DNA of 64,000 nt from a bacterium (lineage in GTDB: Bacteria; Hinthialibacterota; Hinthialibacteria; Hinthialibacterales; Hinthialibacteraceae). A program made the translations under genes and the position numbers. The stretch is taken from positions 1,152,001 through 1,216,000 of the forward strand of contig CAXXMV010000001.1 of NCBI GenBank assembly GCA_963662285.2, read 5' to 3'. Below the pieces are notes generated by a model. The model saw only the letters and a list, made by a program, of their open reading frames with translations. It was not told the origin of the DNA and did not search any database. Below are positions 47,358 through 57,658 of the stretch, piece after piece (positions within the stretch are counted from its first letter, which is position 1; every line of letters begins with the position of its first letter).

Positions 47358-50141
47358 CTAAAATACACATTGCTCCCTCAATATACCGCCATCCTTAAAT
47401 ACGACTTCGATATGTACGGTTGTTCCATTTGAGATGTATTTCTCGCGAAAGCAATTCCCTGCATAAATACGAAGAAATGTAGATGGATTGATTTGGATAT
47501 CTTCCGTGTGAATAATACGTTTCCACGTATAGTTAAATCGATCATAGACATGAAATGCCAGTTTCCATTGATCGCCAGTTTCTGTAGTCCATTTTTGTAT
47601 TGGTTGGTTATTTGGATTGAAAGCCGTTATTTGAATAGATTGGATTATTTTATCCGCATTAGTTTTCCCAAGGAGTAAACCAAATTCCAAATCTATGACC
47701 TTGTCTTTGTTAAAACTGGATGTTCCCACAACATCCAGGTAGTTTCCTGAAAACCAGAAATGCGCTGCTTCATAAGGCAGCAAAATATAAAGACAAAGAA
47801 TTATCAGTAATGCGGTGCAACAATAGATATATGTACTCTTGCTATTTGTAAGAGATATCAGGATTTGAGTAAACCGCTGTATCCCGGACTGGTAAGGTTC
47901 CCGGTAAACAATGATCCATAGAAGAATCAAAAAAGCGAATAGTGAAATTAGATACGCCGCCCAATCAAACCACTGATTATAATACCGCAGTTCAAGCAAA
48001 CCATTTGATGCAGAGACAGTAATATATTTACCGACGCATGACGTCTCACACGGTTGGATCAATTCTAAAATAGGAATCTCGTTTCCATCGAGAAATGCAT
48101 GCCATTTTCTATAGCGTGATATGGCGAGCCTGATCAATACCTTCTTGTCATAACCGCTTAATCTAAGAGTTATGTTCCCCGGTTGAATAGACTCCATATT
48201 GGTTACGCCATTGGCCGTTCCGATTATTTCATAGCAGGTATTGCGATAATTGATGTTTTCATAAAGTTTCAGACCGCCATATTGACCAAGCCGTTTCATG
48301 CCTGGAACTTCTTCTATGCGACGTGGATTACCTCTTCCTATGAAATATTTCATCTGAGCGAGGATTGGGCTTGATACATCTGTCCAACAACTGCGGGTTG
48401 TTAAAACCATTGTTGGAGTATATGGCGGAGTGACAATGCCGAATCCGTAAGTGAATGGGATTGCACTGCCAATGACATTGCTGCGAACTCCAATCCGTGG
48501 AGTTGTGAACGGTAGAAAAAATTGCTCTAGACCGGATTTAACAGGCTCATTCTCACAGATATTGTGCATGACAATTTCATAATCACCATAGGATTCACTA
48601 TGTATTCTTCCCAAAGGAAATTGATCTTTGAAATCGAATCGTTTTGCGGCCATTTGGGCGACGGATTCGCCAAAGGGAAGAATAAAGGTCAATATAGTAG
48701 AAGCCAGAAGAGTCTTGGTGAACGTTGATAGAACAGGATGAAATGGCGATTTGTCTTGAGAATGAGAGGTTTCTCCTGAGAGACGCCGCACCAAAGATGT
48801 CAGAATTAAACCGATTTGTGATAATAGAGGCTGTACCATACCTCCTGCCAGGATCACGCCCCATATTTTGGAGTATCCGGGGAAACGAATGGCGCGCACG
48901 TTAATAATATAATTAGCAAGATGCTCAGATGGAAACCATTCATAAAAAACATCCAGCAGAGGAATCCAATTCAATATATATAACAAAGCAAGCGTCGTTG
49001 GAATGGGTCGTTTCGAAAGCAATCCCCATATACATCCAGAGATTCCTAAAAAGGCGAAGAGAGGGGGAGTTGTTACAAATAAGCCGCCATCAAAGACTTT
49101 TATCATGATGCTATCGGGGGAAACTAATAACGAACCGTATCCCTGCACCCATTCTCCACTGGCGAGAAATGGCGTCACCCACCAGGAGGCCATAGCAATA
49201 CCGATAATGATTAATCCGCTGTGCGTGAGCATAGTAACAATATAATCACGGCGATTGGAAGACCAGAAATATCCGCTAACTGCAATAGCGAAACAATTTA
49301 TACAGAGAACGGGTAAGGCGAAAACATGCGCCAGAACTGCGGACATGACCACTATAGGCAGCGCAATATGCCGAAACCTGAATTCGGTAGTGCGGGTAAT
49401 GCTGATTATGTAGACAAACAAGGCAATGATCGTTAATCCACCGCTAAGAGTCATGGGCCATTGCGCCGTGGAAAAACATTGCCCCCATCCGAAAAAATCC
49501 ACAGCGCCTACATCAAAGACCAACAGCAAAGCCGCGAAAAAACCACCAAAACACCCGAATAGATATCTGCCAATTCCATATAATGCTCCTAATAATATAA
49601 ACCAACTCACAAATACAGTAATGAAATAACTGGTGGATAGGCTGCATTGGAATCCCGTCAACAAACGTATCAGGCAGTATAGCATTGCTCCGCCTGGTGG
49701 ATATAAATCGTTAAGCGGCGCTCCTGCGCCTAGGGCTGACGTCCAAGGCAGTAGAGTTCCGTAATTCCATAGAGCATGTTCGGTTAACCAGCAACGCAGC
49801 ATGTGGGTAGTATGATCGGTAGTTGCCGGGATCTCATATTGATAAAAATCACGAAACAGAAAGAGAGATAGGCCTATCAAGCAAAAAGGCGCCCAACTTT
49901 CTTGTATCAAGTTTTGCTTGCTGCAAGAAAGACGGGGCCAAATATACAGATATAAATGAACAGATATTGCTAAAAAGAATATACAGCAACAAGATTTTGA
50001 AAAAACAGTAAAAAAGGAGGGTGCTAGAGAAAATAAAGTAATATTTCCGACGGCTAATCCTTTTGATAACAATGCCATCAATATCAGAAATATCAAATGG
50101 TAATATCTACTAAACACTTTACCAGGTCGGAGAAATAACAT
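47358..50141 (-). CDS. Large membrane protein, PTPS-related/YfhO-like (putative GT-C glycosyltransferase)
   Basis: 'DHTTH...W...GAPLNDLYPPG' motif, many TM helices, and a C-terminal 'WHAFLDG...LELRY' YfhO-like tail. Confidence 0.7.
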   Translation of the reverse strand: MLFLRPGKVFSRYYHLIFLILMALLSKGLAVGNITLFSLAPSFFTVFSKSCCCIFFLAISVHLYLYIWPRLSCSKQNLIQESWAPFCLIGLSLFLFRDFYQYEIPATTDHTTHMLRCWLTEHALWNYGTLLPWTSALGAGAPLNDLYPPGGAMLYCLIRLLTGFQCSLSTSYFITVFVSWFILLGALYGIGRYLFGCFGGFFAALLLVFDVGAVDFFGWGQCFSTAQWPMTLSGGLTIIALFVYIISITRTTEFRFRHIALPIVVMSAVLAHVFALPVLCINCFAIAVSGYFWSSNRRDYIVTMLTHSGLIIIGIAMASWWVTPFLASGEWVQGYGSLLVSPDSIMIKVFDGGLFVTTPPLFAFLGISGCIWGLLSKRPIPTTLALLYILNWIPLLDVFYEWFPSEHLANYIINVRAIRFPGYSKIWGVILAGGMVQPLLSQIGLILTSLVRRLSGETSHSQDKSPFHPVLSTFTKTLLASTILTFILPFGESVAQMAAKRFDFKDQFPLGRIHSESYGDYEIVMHNICENEPVKSGLEQFFLPFTTPRIGVRSNVIGSAIPFTYGFGIVTPPYTPTMVLTTRSCWTDVSSPILAQMKYFIGRGNPRRIEEVPGMKRLGQYGGLKLYENINYRNTCYEIIGTANGVTNMESIQPGNITLRLSGYDKKVLIRLAISRYRKWHAFLDGNEIPILELIQPCETSCVGKYITVSASNGLLELRYYNQWFDWAAYLISLFAFLILLWIIVYREPYQSGIQRFTQILISLTNSKSTYIYCCTALLIILCLYILLPYEAAHFWFSGNYLDVVGTSSFNKDKVIDLEFGLLLGKTNADKIIQSIQITAFNPNNQPIQKWTTETGDQWKLAFHVYDRFNYTWKRIIHTEDIQINPSTFLRIYAGNCFREKYISNGTTVHIEVVFKDGGILREQCVF

Positions 50142-50249
50142 GTTTAAAATTGATTTCCGTATAGCGTGTTAGTTTTTATATGCTATAGCCTAGCAGAGCA
50201 ACAAGCCTACGGGAAAGGGTGGGGTGAGAATATTGGTTATGATAAAATT

Positions 50250-50819
50250 TTAGCGCGGTTCATGTTTGAGCGACGCTGAATTGATGCAGTAACGCAGTCC
50301 GGTTGGTTGCGGACCATCATTGAATACATGACCTAGATGCGCCCCGCAGGCGCTGCAAAGCACTTCTGTGCGAACTTCGCCCAGGCTGGAATCTTCTTTG
50401 GTTTGAACATTTTCGCTGTTGAATGGCTTCCAGTAGCTGGGCCACCCGCTGCCAGAATCGTACTTGTTTTGCGAGTCGAATAATTCTTGTCCACATCCTA
50501 CGCAATGATATACGCCATCGGCTTTCAGATCATTATATTCGCCAGTGAACGCTCTTTCCGTTCCCTTCTGACGAGTGACATAGTATTGTTCTTTGGTTAA
50601 TATTTTCTTCCATTCTTCATCGGTCTTAACAATTTTATAGGTCATTTCAGGGGTTTCCTTAATATTCGATTTGCTGGTATGCGAGGATGCCGCTGTGGGC
50701 GCCTTCACTGATGATAAATTATTATTGTTGTTGTTTTCTGCTTTATTGCTGTCGCATGAAATAAATGAATATGCCATAATTATAGAAATAATTATCAAAA
50801 AAATCAGTGGTCTTTTCAT
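50250..50819 (-). CDS. msrB: Peptide-methionine (R)-S-oxide reductase MsrB with lipoprotein-like signal
   Basis: [32 protein letters not shown] and RYCINSAS motifs. Confidence 0.95.
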   Translation of the reverse strand: MKRPLIFLIIISIIMAYSFISCDSNKAENNNNNNLSSVKAPTAASSHTSKSNIKETPEMTYKIVKTDEEWKKILTKEQYYVTRQKGTERAFTGEYNDLKADGVYHCVGCGQELFDSQNKYDSGSGWPSYWKPFNSENVQTKEDSSLGEVRTEVLCSACGAHLGHVFNDGPQPTGLRYCINSASLKHEPR

Positions 50820-51001
50820 GGTGTTTCTCCTTAAAGGCCTCTTTATATTATATTATAGATTATATTGATTGAGCAGCAGGTAAGTTTCTTTGTGTTGCGA
50901 AGTATGTATGGAAATGACGCCAGTTTAGAACGATTATCAAAATAACGTGCGTCAATGCGGTTGTTAACCGCTATAACTTTCGGGATGCGGGGAGAAGTCG
51001 C

Positions 51002-53137
51002 ATGACAAAAAGAATCAGGATTAACCAAGGACCGAATTATTATGCTCTGGAAGTTCAGGGCAAAGCCAATCAGCCGATCTGCGCGGCAATGGTTTTGGAG
51101 AGGGCGGAAACATTCCTACAAAAACGCTTGAACGCCACGCTGGAAGAGATCGTTGAACGTCTCGATGATAATGCCCCCCGCGTAGCCGTGATCATGGGGT
51201 CGCCCGATCACCCGGCGCATGTAATGGATCATGAAACGTCATTAATGGCGGCGGCGGCCATCTGGATGCACGGCGGCGTTCCCTTCCCCTTTGGCGTTCC
51301 CGTGATGTGCGACGGGACCGCTCAGAGTACGCCGGGCATGAGTTACTCACTGGCATCGCGTAACCTGGTCAGCGCTATGGTGATTAATCAGATGGAGTCG
51401 CACCTATATCATGGCGCCTTCGTCATCCAGGGATGCGATAAGACTCCAACCGCCATAGTTAATGCCCTGGCTTCACTGGATATTACCCGGCGGGCGCGGG
51501 GTGAGGCGCCGTTGTTCGCTTCTTTCGCTCCGGCTCACGTTCTACGCGGCGGGGTGATTCCCCAAAAACTGCGCGATGAACTACTTGATTTAGCTAAACA
51601 GGCTGATGCCCATAACGCGCAAACTCTGGGCGATGATATCCGTTACGCATTGCAGCATCTTCTGCAATGCACCACCAATCAGGCGTACCAGGGGATTCTG
51701 ACGCGGGCTGTGCAACAAGGATTGCTCTCAGTCAAAGAACATAAACTGATAGAGAAGCAACTGGCGGTTTATACCTGCCATAAACAAGGCGGCGTCTGCG
51801 CATTCAATGGAACTGGCAACAGCAGCCGCCATCTGACGTCCGCTTTGGGATTGGTGCATCCCACTGTAGAGTTTTTGACTGATCCACCAACATTCGAGCA
51901 GATCAATGAATCCGTCAAAGCAATGATGGCGGTTTGCAATGATCCAGACTATGGCGTTGCAAATATTGTGAAAAAAAATATCCGCAATGCGGTGCGGGTG
52001 CATAGCGCGATGGGTGGCTCGACTAATATCATGATTCACTTGATCTCGTGTATGATTTATTCCGGCGTTAAGTACAGCATCTATGATTATAACCAAATCA
52101 GAAGATGGAACAGGATTCCCGATTTGATGGATTATAGTTTAACGCAGGGGCGGGACATCTTCGCTCTGGCGCAGCAGTGCCAGACCGGAAAGATCAGTGG
52201 AATTGCAACGGTTCTCTATGAACTGCGGCGCAATGGCGTTTCAATTGACGAAAACGCTCCAACCATGGCGGGCGTTACATGGAAGCAACGGCTGCGCAAG
52301 GGTAAGGCGATATCCGCTGATAATGTCAAAACGAATCAGATCATTCTATCCAAGCCGAAACGGCCTATCAGCGGCATAGACGTCTTGTCGGGCAATTTTA
52401 TGGAGAGCGCGGTAGTGAAGATTAGCGGGATGCCCGAAACTCAACTGGATGCTTTCGATGAAAAAATAGCGGTTGTGTTATATTTTGAAAGCGAAGAAGA
52501 TGCAGTTGCGGAATTATTGAATGTCAATATTGATCAACATATTTTGAAAGCGCCGGGCTTAAATCTCGAGACGCTTCTGCAAATATATCGACGTAACACG
52601 GGTAATATGCATAGCGGGTTGGATAAGATTCCAAACAAGAAAAAACTCTTACAACTCATGATTGAAGAGGACGCGTTCCGCATGGCCATCGTGATTGCCG
52701 GACAAGGGCCGGAAGCCTATGGCATGCCGGAAATGTTCACGCCAATGCACCATATTAACCATAACCAGGCGCTGAAAAAAATTGCAGTATTGATAAGCGA
52801 CGGACGCTATTCGGGAGTCAGTTACGGCGCCGCGATTGGTCATGTAACGCCTGAAGCATTGAATCAGGGCGGCTTGCTATATCTACAAACCGGCGATCTG
52901 CTGCATATCCGTCTACGGAAGAGGAAGATCAACCTTTTGGATGCCGAAACATTTAATGGCGGTAGAATTAAGTTGTATCAGGGTAAACTATCAATGAAAC
53001 GCAATACCTTGGGTGAGCAGCGCTTAAAACGACTCAGCAAGAGACAGGCCGCCATTGATCCTAGCAACCTGATGACGCAAATCACGGACGCCGCGCATGG
53101 CGTGGTTCCCACTAATGTTTGGAATCGAGCAAAATAG
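51002..53137 (+). CDS. IlvD/Edd-family dehydratase (divergent)
   Basis: MCDGTAQ, GCDKT, GVCAFNGTGNS, GGSTN, GPEAYGMPEM, DGRYSG and IGHVTPEA motifs. Confidence 0.85.
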   Translation: MTKRIRINQGPNYYALEVQGKANQPICAAMVLERAETFLQKRLNATLEEIVERLDDNAPRVAVIMGSPDHPAHVMDHETSLMAAAAIWMHGGVPFPFGVPVMCDGTAQSTPGMSYSLASRNLVSAMVINQMESHLYHGAFVIQGCDKTPTAIVNALASLDITRRARGEAPLFASFAPAHVLRGGVIPQKLRDELLDLAKQADAHNAQTLGDDIRYALQHLLQCTTNQAYQGILTRAVQQGLLSVKEHKLIEKQLAVYTCHKQGGVCAFNGTGNSSRHLTSALGLVHPTVEFLTDPPTFEQINESVKAMMAVCNDPDYGVANIVKKNIRNAVRVHSAMGGSTNIMIHLISCMIYSGVKYSIYDYNQIRRWNRIPDLMDYSLTQGRDIFALAQQCQTGKISGIATVLYELRRNGVSIDENAPTMAGVTWKQRLRKGKAISADNVKTNQIILSKPKRPISGIDVLSGNFMESAVVKISGMPETQLDAFDEKIAVVLYFESEEDAVAELLNVNIDQHILKAPGLNLETLLQIYRRNTGNMHSGLDKIPNKKKLLQLMIEEDAFRMAIVIAGQGPEAYGMPEMFTPMHHINHNQALKKIAVLISDGRYSGVSYGAAIGHVTPEALNQGGLLYLQTGDLLHIRLRKRKINLLDAETFNGGRIKLYQGKLSMKRNTLGEQRLKRLSKRQAAIDPSNLMTQITDAAHGVVPTNVWNRAK

Positions 53138-53188
53138 TTATTAAATTAATCCAGTACTCCGTCCAACTCATAATGCAGGGCAACCAAG

Positions 53189-53224
53189 TCCCCTCTCCCC
53201 ACGGGAGAGGGTTAGGGTGAGGGG
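53189..53224. repeat. REP-like palindrome (CCCTCTCCC-n-GGGAGAGGG-TTAGGGTGAGG type)
   Basis: Same dyad family as inside MITEs B and C; partial copies at ~50207-50229 and ~28670-28690. Confidence 0.7.
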
Positions 53225-53297
53225 AAATTACAGAACACCTCCTGACAGAGATAGGTCAGACTACGAACAACACTTTATAAACCAAGGGGAGAAGTAA

Positions 53298-54377
53298 ATG
53301 CCAAACATATTCGGACAAAATTTATCCCGCAAAGAACTATCCACTCATATCGGCGCCGAATGGCAGGCGGGTGGAATACGCCGTATGCGTTTTGTTGATG
53401 GTCAGGAAGATGGAACCGAACTGGTTCAATTTGATACGGCGTCCGGGCTTACCTTCAATGTACTGCCCAGCCGTGGACTCGATATCTCTTCAGCCAAATA
53501 CTGCGGCGCATCTCTCTGCTTTGAAACTCCAGCCGGTGAAGCGCATCCAGCCCATTTTGATCCTCAGGGACTTGGTTGGATCAAGACTTTCTTCAGTGGT
53601 TTGCTGACTACCTGCGGCATGACCTGGGCGGGAGCGCCCTGCGAAGATCAAGGCGAGTCGCTGGGGCTGCATGGCCGCTATTCGCATCTCGCTGCGCGGA
53701 ATCTTAAAGTCGGCGACGATTGGCAAGGCAATAACCGTCGGCTATGGGTATCGGGAGAGGTGCGCGAAAGCGCCATATTCGGTCCGAATGTGGTAATGCG
53801 GCGCACTATTTCAACTGAGGTCGGCTCCAACACCATAAGTATAGAAGACACAGTGCGCAACGAGGGATTCACCAAGACGCCTTTAATGCTGGTCTATCAT
53901 ATTAATATAGGATACCCGGTTTTGTCGGAACATAGCGAACTGTTGACCAATTCAGCCACTGTAACGCCGCGTGACGCCGAAGCGGAAAAAGGCTTCGATA
54001 AATATAACCGCTTTGAAAAACCTGTCCCCGGCTATAGCGAACAACTCTTTTATCATGACCTCAAGATGGATCGTAAAGGATTCTGCCATGCCGCCGTCAT
54101 TAATCCCAAATTCAATAACAACCAGGGATTAGGCATATTGGTTAGCTATCGCAAAAAAGAACTACCCCGGTTTGCGCAGTGGAAGATGGTCGGCGCGGGC
54201 GATTATGTCTGTGGGCTGGAACCCATGAACTGCCGCGTACAGGGGCGCGATTTCGACCGCAAAGAAAAAACGCTTCTCTTCCTAAAACCCGGCGAAGAAA
54301 AAACACACCTCATCAATATGACCGTTCTACCTGATAAGAAAACAATTAGTGAAGTTAAGAAAGCAATTTTTGGATGA
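53298..54377 (+). CDS. Aldose 1-epimerase family protein (DUF4432)
   Basis: SRGLDIS, GLLTTCG, GLHGR, YHINIGYP and CGLEP motifs. Confidence 0.88.
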   Translation: MPNIFGQNLSRKELSTHIGAEWQAGGIRRMRFVDGQEDGTELVQFDTASGLTFNVLPSRGLDISSAKYCGASLCFETPAGEAHPAHFDPQGLGWIKTFFSGLLTTCGMTWAGAPCEDQGESLGLHGRYSHLAARNLKVGDDWQGNNRRLWVSGEVRESAIFGPNVVMRRTISTEVGSNTISIEDTVRNEGFTKTPLMLVYHINIGYPVLSEHSELLTNSATVTPRDAEAEKGFDKYNRFEKPVPGYSEQLFYHDLKMDRKGFCHAAVINPKFNNNQGLGILVSYRKKELPRFAQWKMVGAGDYVCGLEPMNCRVQGRDFDRKEKTLLFLKPGEEKTHLINMTVLPDKKTISEVKKAIFG

Positions 54378-54386
54378 TTTGCGGTG

Positions 54387-54433
54387 TTAGAGCGATTATC
54401 CCATTAATAACGTATTCATGCAGATCACTCTAA
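54387..54433. mobile_element. Internally deleted 47-bp MITE family A relic
   Basis: TTAGAGCGATTATC...GATCACTCTAA retains both termini. Confidence 0.55.
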
Positions 54434-54663
54434 CCTCGAAACAAAAATGTCGGTATAATGAAAGTCAAATATAACTACAGCCCTTCATTGTTTTTTTCTT
54501 AGAGTTATACCTTTAAGGTTGAGGGTTTTAAAAATCATTGATAAAATCGCTAGATGCGTACAGAAAAGATTAATGATTTTTTTATATTTTGGCAGTATTT
54601 TGTAAAGAAAATATAAATATCAGATACATAGAAATATTTCATCACTCAGGAGGTATAAAACGA

Positions 54664-55575
54664 GTGGCTTGGTTCAGAAAAAAAAAGAAATTTACTACGC
54701 TTAGCATAGAAGAAAAAAAAGTGGATATTCCAAAAGGCGTTTGGCGCAAGTGCGATGCTTGCGAAAAATACATTACTAACGATGAGATCAAGCGTAATGT
54801 ATATATTTGTTCGTATTGCGGTTATTATTATGTATTGCCGGTGGAAGACCGGATCGCTTCTATAATCGATCCAGGTACTTTTGAAGAATTTGATGCGTCG
54901 TTGGCCTCTAAGAATCCCTTGGATTTCGAAGGCTATGAAGACAAATTGATCCGCGCTCAAAAGAAAACCGGACGCAACGAAGCCGCCGTCACAGGCAAAG
55001 GCGAGATATCCGGCTATCCCATAATTCTCAGCGTGCTCGATTTTTCTTTCATGGGCGGAAGCATGGGTTCAGTAGTCGGTGAGAAGATCACCCGTTCTGC
55101 TGAAAGAGCGCTTAATGACGAACTGCCTCTGGTTATTGTATCAACCGGCGGCGGCGGTGCGCGTATGCATGAGGGTATGCTTTCCCTGATGCAGATGGCC
55201 AAAACCAGCGCCGCTATGGGGCGGCTCAAGAAAAATGGAATACCTTATATTTCAGTAATCGCCAACCCGACCATGGGCGGCGTGGCTGCCAGTTTCGCCG
55301 CGCTGGGTGATGTGATCCTTGCTGAACCAAAGGCTCTGATCGGTTTCGCTGGCCCACGGGTTATCGAACAGACCATCGGCCAAACCTTGCCGGAAGGCTT
55401 CCAACGCTCTGAGTTTTTGCTAGAGCATGGCATGATTGACCGCATCGTAAAGCGTAAAGAGATTGCCAATGAAATAAAGACCATATTAACCCACATGTTC
55501 TATAACCGCTCAGCTCTACGAGCAAGAGAAAGCGGCGCTTCACCCCAATTATGCTCTATCAATAACGCGCAATAA
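54664..55575 (+). CDS. accD: Acetyl-CoA carboxylase carboxyltransferase beta subunit
   Basis: Zn finger WRKCDAC...CSYC; FMGGSMGSVVGEK, GGARMHEG, GFAGPRVIEQT. Likely GTG 54664 after aggagg. Confidence 0.95.
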   Translation: MAWFRKKKKFTTLSIEEKKVDIPKGVWRKCDACEKYITNDEIKRNVYICSYCGYYYVLPVEDRIASIIDPGTFEEFDASLASKNPLDFEGYEDKLIRAQKKTGRNEAAVTGKGEISGYPIILSVLDFSFMGGSMGSVVGEKITRSAERALNDELPLVIVSTGGGGARMHEGMLSLMQMAKTSAAMGRLKKNGIPYISVIANPTMGGVAASFAALGDVILAEPKALIGFAGPRVIEQTIGQTLPEGFQRSEFLLEHGMIDRIVKRKEIANEIKTILTHMFYNRSALRARESGASPQLCSINNAQ

Positions 55576-55607
55576 TATGAATTGAATTCAAAAAATGCAT
55601 CCCCCCC

Positions 55608-55637
55608 ACTCCCCGTTAGTAATAGCGGGGAGTTTTT
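55608..55637 (+). terminator. Intrinsic terminator after accD
   Basis: actccccgtta-gtaa-tagcggggagt followed by a T-tract. Confidence 0.7.
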
Positions 55638-55709
55638 ATTTAATCTCATAAACCCACTTTCCTCTATTAAACCGAAAAAAAATCCACCCCAACATATATC
55701 CACCAAAGC

Positions 55710-55740
55710 GTAGGATGGGTCAGCGCTTTACCGACCCATC
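55710..55740. repeat. GTAG-type REP
   Basis: GTAG-gatgggtc...gacccatc. Confidence 0.6.
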
Positions 55741-55850
55741 AAAGAACAACCTCCAATATTAAACCACTCACCTACCCCCGCCCCTTTAATCAAACACCTT
55801 TTTATGCCAATGTCCTAACAATAACCAACACTTTTTCAGGAGGATGCCCA

Positions 55851-57656
55851 GTGAAACGATTGATAAAAATAATGTGGATGTCGGTCGCCCTATGCGCCAT
55901 CTTAATATCCGGCGTCAACGCCGATGAAGCGCCCGCCAAACCGCCATGCCATAACCAATCGCAGTTATCAAAAGCGCTCAAATCTTTACGTAGCGAGCAT
56001 TCAGATATATTGCGGCTCTCGACAATGGCCAAAAGCCACAATAACCGCGATGTATTCCTGGTGGAGATTGCCAGCAAAGGCGCTCTCGATAAACAACACC
56101 GCCCCGCCATGCTGGTGGTCGGAGATATAGAAGGCAGCCGCTTATCGGGAACCGAAACGGCGCTTGCTTTTATCGGGCATATCTGCCAGCAGGCGGAGCA
56201 ATGTGAAAAAATAAAAGCCCTCTTAAGCGAAAAAACCATTTATGTTATTCCACGCTTGAATCCCGATGCATCCGAAAGTTATTTCCAAAAACCATTGCTC
56301 GAAAACAATACCAATACCACCGCCCATGACGCCGACCATGACGGTTTCGTAGATGAAGACGGATCAGACGATCTAAACAACGATGGCCTTATCAGCTGGC
56401 TGCGAATTGAAGACGTCAAAGGTACTTACATACCTCATCCCGATGACGACCGGATTCTTATCGAAGCCGATAGCATCAAAGGCGAATCAGGCCGCTGGTT
56501 GTATTTCCCCGAAGGCAAAGACAACGACCAGGATGAAAAGATCGACGAAGACGCCCCTGGCGGCGTAAACTTCAACCGGAATTTCCCCTATCAATACACT
56601 TTCTTTAATCCCGATGCGGGCATGTATCAACTCTGCGAAAAAGAGCCTAGAGCACTGGCCGATTTCATTCTCACTCATCCCAACATCGGCATCGTAGTAA
56701 CATTTTCCAGCCAAGGTTCTTTGCTCAAAACTCCCGAATCTGGAGATTCTCCAGGCAACCGCAAACCGCAGACCAAACTAAGAAAAGAAGACGCCAAAAT
56801 TTATGATTATCTCGGCGAACAATACCGCGAACAAATTGGCCTAACCAAGGAGGTTGATTCACCCCAAGTCAAAGGCTCTTTCGCTGATTGGGTATATTTC
56901 CACCAGGGGCGTCTCTCTCTGACAACACCCATATGGAACCCCGATATCGCTCTCGCTCTTAAAAAAGAGGATAAGGATTCAGAAAAGAAAGAATCCGAAA
57001 AAGAAGAACTCGAAGACAAAAATTCTGATAATGACTCTGATAAAGAGAAAGAGACCGGAAAAGAAAAAACTGAAGAAAAGAAAAAGGAAGAAGAGAAACG
57101 CAGCGAAACTGATCTTGAATTCCTCAAATGGCTCGACAAGAATGCGCCTGATTACTTCCTCCCCTGGCAAGAGATCAAGCATCCCGATTATCCGGGACAA
57201 AAGGCGGAAATCGGTGGATTCACTCCATTCGCTAAAATCATACCGCCTCAGAAGATGCTTGATGATCTAACCGATAAAAATGCCAAATACCTGGTATGGT
57301 TAGCCCAAAAACTACCGCGCATCAAAATTCATGACATTGAACTAAACCCCCTGGGCGCCGGCGTATATGAGATGCTGGTGAAAATAACCAATAATGGTTA
57401 CCTCCCCACGGTCTTGACTCATGGCATACGCACCAATCAGGTGCATGAAACCCGTGTGGAAATCAATATCCCCAAAGACAAAATCCTCAGCGGCAAAGCC
57501 ATGTTCAAAATTGATCCACTAGCAGGAAGCGGCGGCGATCAACAAAAACGAGTGGTATTCCAAGCCAGCAAGAATCAAAAAATAACCGTTAAAGTAATCT
57601 CCGCTCTGGCTGGACGTGATCAAAAGACTGTCATTATTGGCGGGAAAGGAGAATAA
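55851..57656 (+). CDS. M14 carboxypeptidase-like protein, probably catalytically inactive
   Basis: M14 fold motifs (NPD, NRNFP), but HxxE is replaced by DIEGSR. Carries DxDxDG repeats and a Lys/Glu-rich insert. Confidence 0.8.
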   Translation: MKRLIKIMWMSVALCAILISGVNADEAPAKPPCHNQSQLSKALKSLRSEHSDILRLSTMAKSHNNRDVFLVEIASKGALDKQHRPAMLVVGDIEGSRLSGTETALAFIGHICQQAEQCEKIKALLSEKTIYVIPRLNPDASESYFQKPLLENNTNTTAHDADHDGFVDEDGSDDLNNDGLISWLRIEDVKGTYIPHPDDDRILIEADSIKGESGRWLYFPEGKDNDQDEKIDEDAPGGVNFNRNFPYQYTFFNPDAGMYQLCEKEPRALADFILTHPNIGIVVTFSSQGSLLKTPESGDSPGNRKPQTKLRKEDAKIYDYLGEQYREQIGLTKEVDSPQVKGSFADWVYFHQGRLSLTTPIWNPDIALALKKEDKDSEKKESEKEELEDKNSDNDSDKEKETGKEKTEEKKKEEEKRSETDLEFLKWLDKNAPDYFLPWQEIKHPDYPGQKAEIGGFTPFAKIIPPQKMLDDLTDKNAKYLVWLAQKLPRIKIHDIELNPLGAGVYEMLVKITNNGYLPTVLTHGIRTNQVHETRVEINIPKDKILSGKAMFKIDPLAGSGGDQQKRVVFQASKNQKITVKVISALAGRDQKTVIIGGKGE

Positions 57657-57658
57657 CC

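Noticed and set aside
53154-53265. Possible MITE shell around the REP at 53189
   Set aside because: The inverted termini are too degenerate and no target duplication is visible.
56965-57105. Purine-rich low-complexity tract
   Set aside because: Explained by the Lys/Glu-rich insert of the M14-like protein.
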